DNA of 64,000 nucleotides from a virus (Duplodnaviria; Heunggongvirae; Uroviricota; Caudoviricetes): IMG/VR virus record IMGVR_UViG_3300042544_001887; one strand, 5' to 3'. Shown piece by piece: positions 63,780 to 64,000 of this stretch (position 1 is its first letter; each line of letters starts with the position of its first letter). The notes under the pieces were generated by a model. It saw only the letters and a program-made list of their open reading frames with translations, ran no database searches and was not told where the DNA came from. The position numbers and the translations under genes were made by a program.

Positions 63780-64000
63780 TGCATCCAGTTGGGGAAGATT
63801 TAACAAAATTAACAGATTCCCAATTAGAGTCTAAGCTTTATAAACTCAACTCATTATACTTTATGACTGAAAATCCATCAGTGCGACATCAAATGATACT
63901 ATTGATGGACACTTACAAACTTGAATTAGATGAACGAAGAACTGCTGCAAGAATAAAACAAGCTGCCCAAGGCAACGATGATCTTGACAGTTTAATAAAA
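63779..64000 (+). CDS. hypothetical protein (partial, runs off window)
   Basis: ATG overlapping upstream stop; no stop before 64000. Confidence 0.3.
   Translation, partial: MHPVGEDLTKLTDSQLESKLYKLNSLYFMTENPSVRHQMILLMDTYKLELDERRTAARIKQAAQGNDDLDSLIK

Overview
The window looks like a low-GC (about 38-40%) T4-like jumbo myovirus segment, with almost every gene on the + strand.

Part 1, contents:
- About 33 canonical tRNA genes sit in at least eight clusters: 1874-3175, 4865-4941, 6059-6134, 9619-10020, 34251-34340, 35824-37900, 38417-40511 and 43473-43885.
- Several non-canonical tRNA-like RNAs and short structured spacer RNAs lie among the tRNAs.
- An HNH endonuclease is inserted inside one tRNA cluster.
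- Two consensus sigma70 promoters are each followed by an rrn-type boxA antitermination motif. One precedes a 0.5 kb structured leader; the other precedes a 1.1 kb ORF-free RNA that I flag as a possible large ornate ncRNA.
- Protein genes recognised from motifs:
  - Nucleotide metabolism, DNA repair and rII: thymidine kinase, rIIA/rIIB-like pair, T4-type ATP-dependent DNA ligase (KxDG), UvdE-type UV-damage endonuclease.
  - tRNA repair: T4 Rnl1-type RNA ligase with a P-loop polynucleotide kinase and HAD phosphatases, plus a PTH2-like peptidyl-tRNA hydrolase.
  - NAD and ADP-ribose: NAMPT plus NMNAT-Nudix (NARP2-type NAD salvage), a macro domain and an ADP-ribosylglycohydrolase.
  - Other enzymes and factors: ClpP, QueD/PTPS-like, IscA/HesB-like, membrane fatty-acid desaturase, class I methyltransferase, two metallophosphoesterases, an SPFH protein, a lipoprotein peptidoglycan hydrolase.
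  - A 1019-aa protein with about seven KOW motifs and a sigma70 region-1.1-like C-terminus.
- The 3' end carries a tail-fibre cluster, including a 2097-aa fibre with a chaperone-like C-terminus and a 1186-aa cadherin-like-repeat protein.
- Many consensus TTGACA-N17-(TGn)TATAAT promoters and GGGCC-type intrinsic terminators are visible.

Part 2 highlights: the boxA-led tRNA/ncRNA operons, the multi-KOW/sigma-1.1 protein, the 1.1 kb ORF-free structured RNA, the odd tRNA-like genes and the NAD/ADP-ribose gene set.

All calls come from reading the sequence and the ORF track. No searches or folding programs were run.
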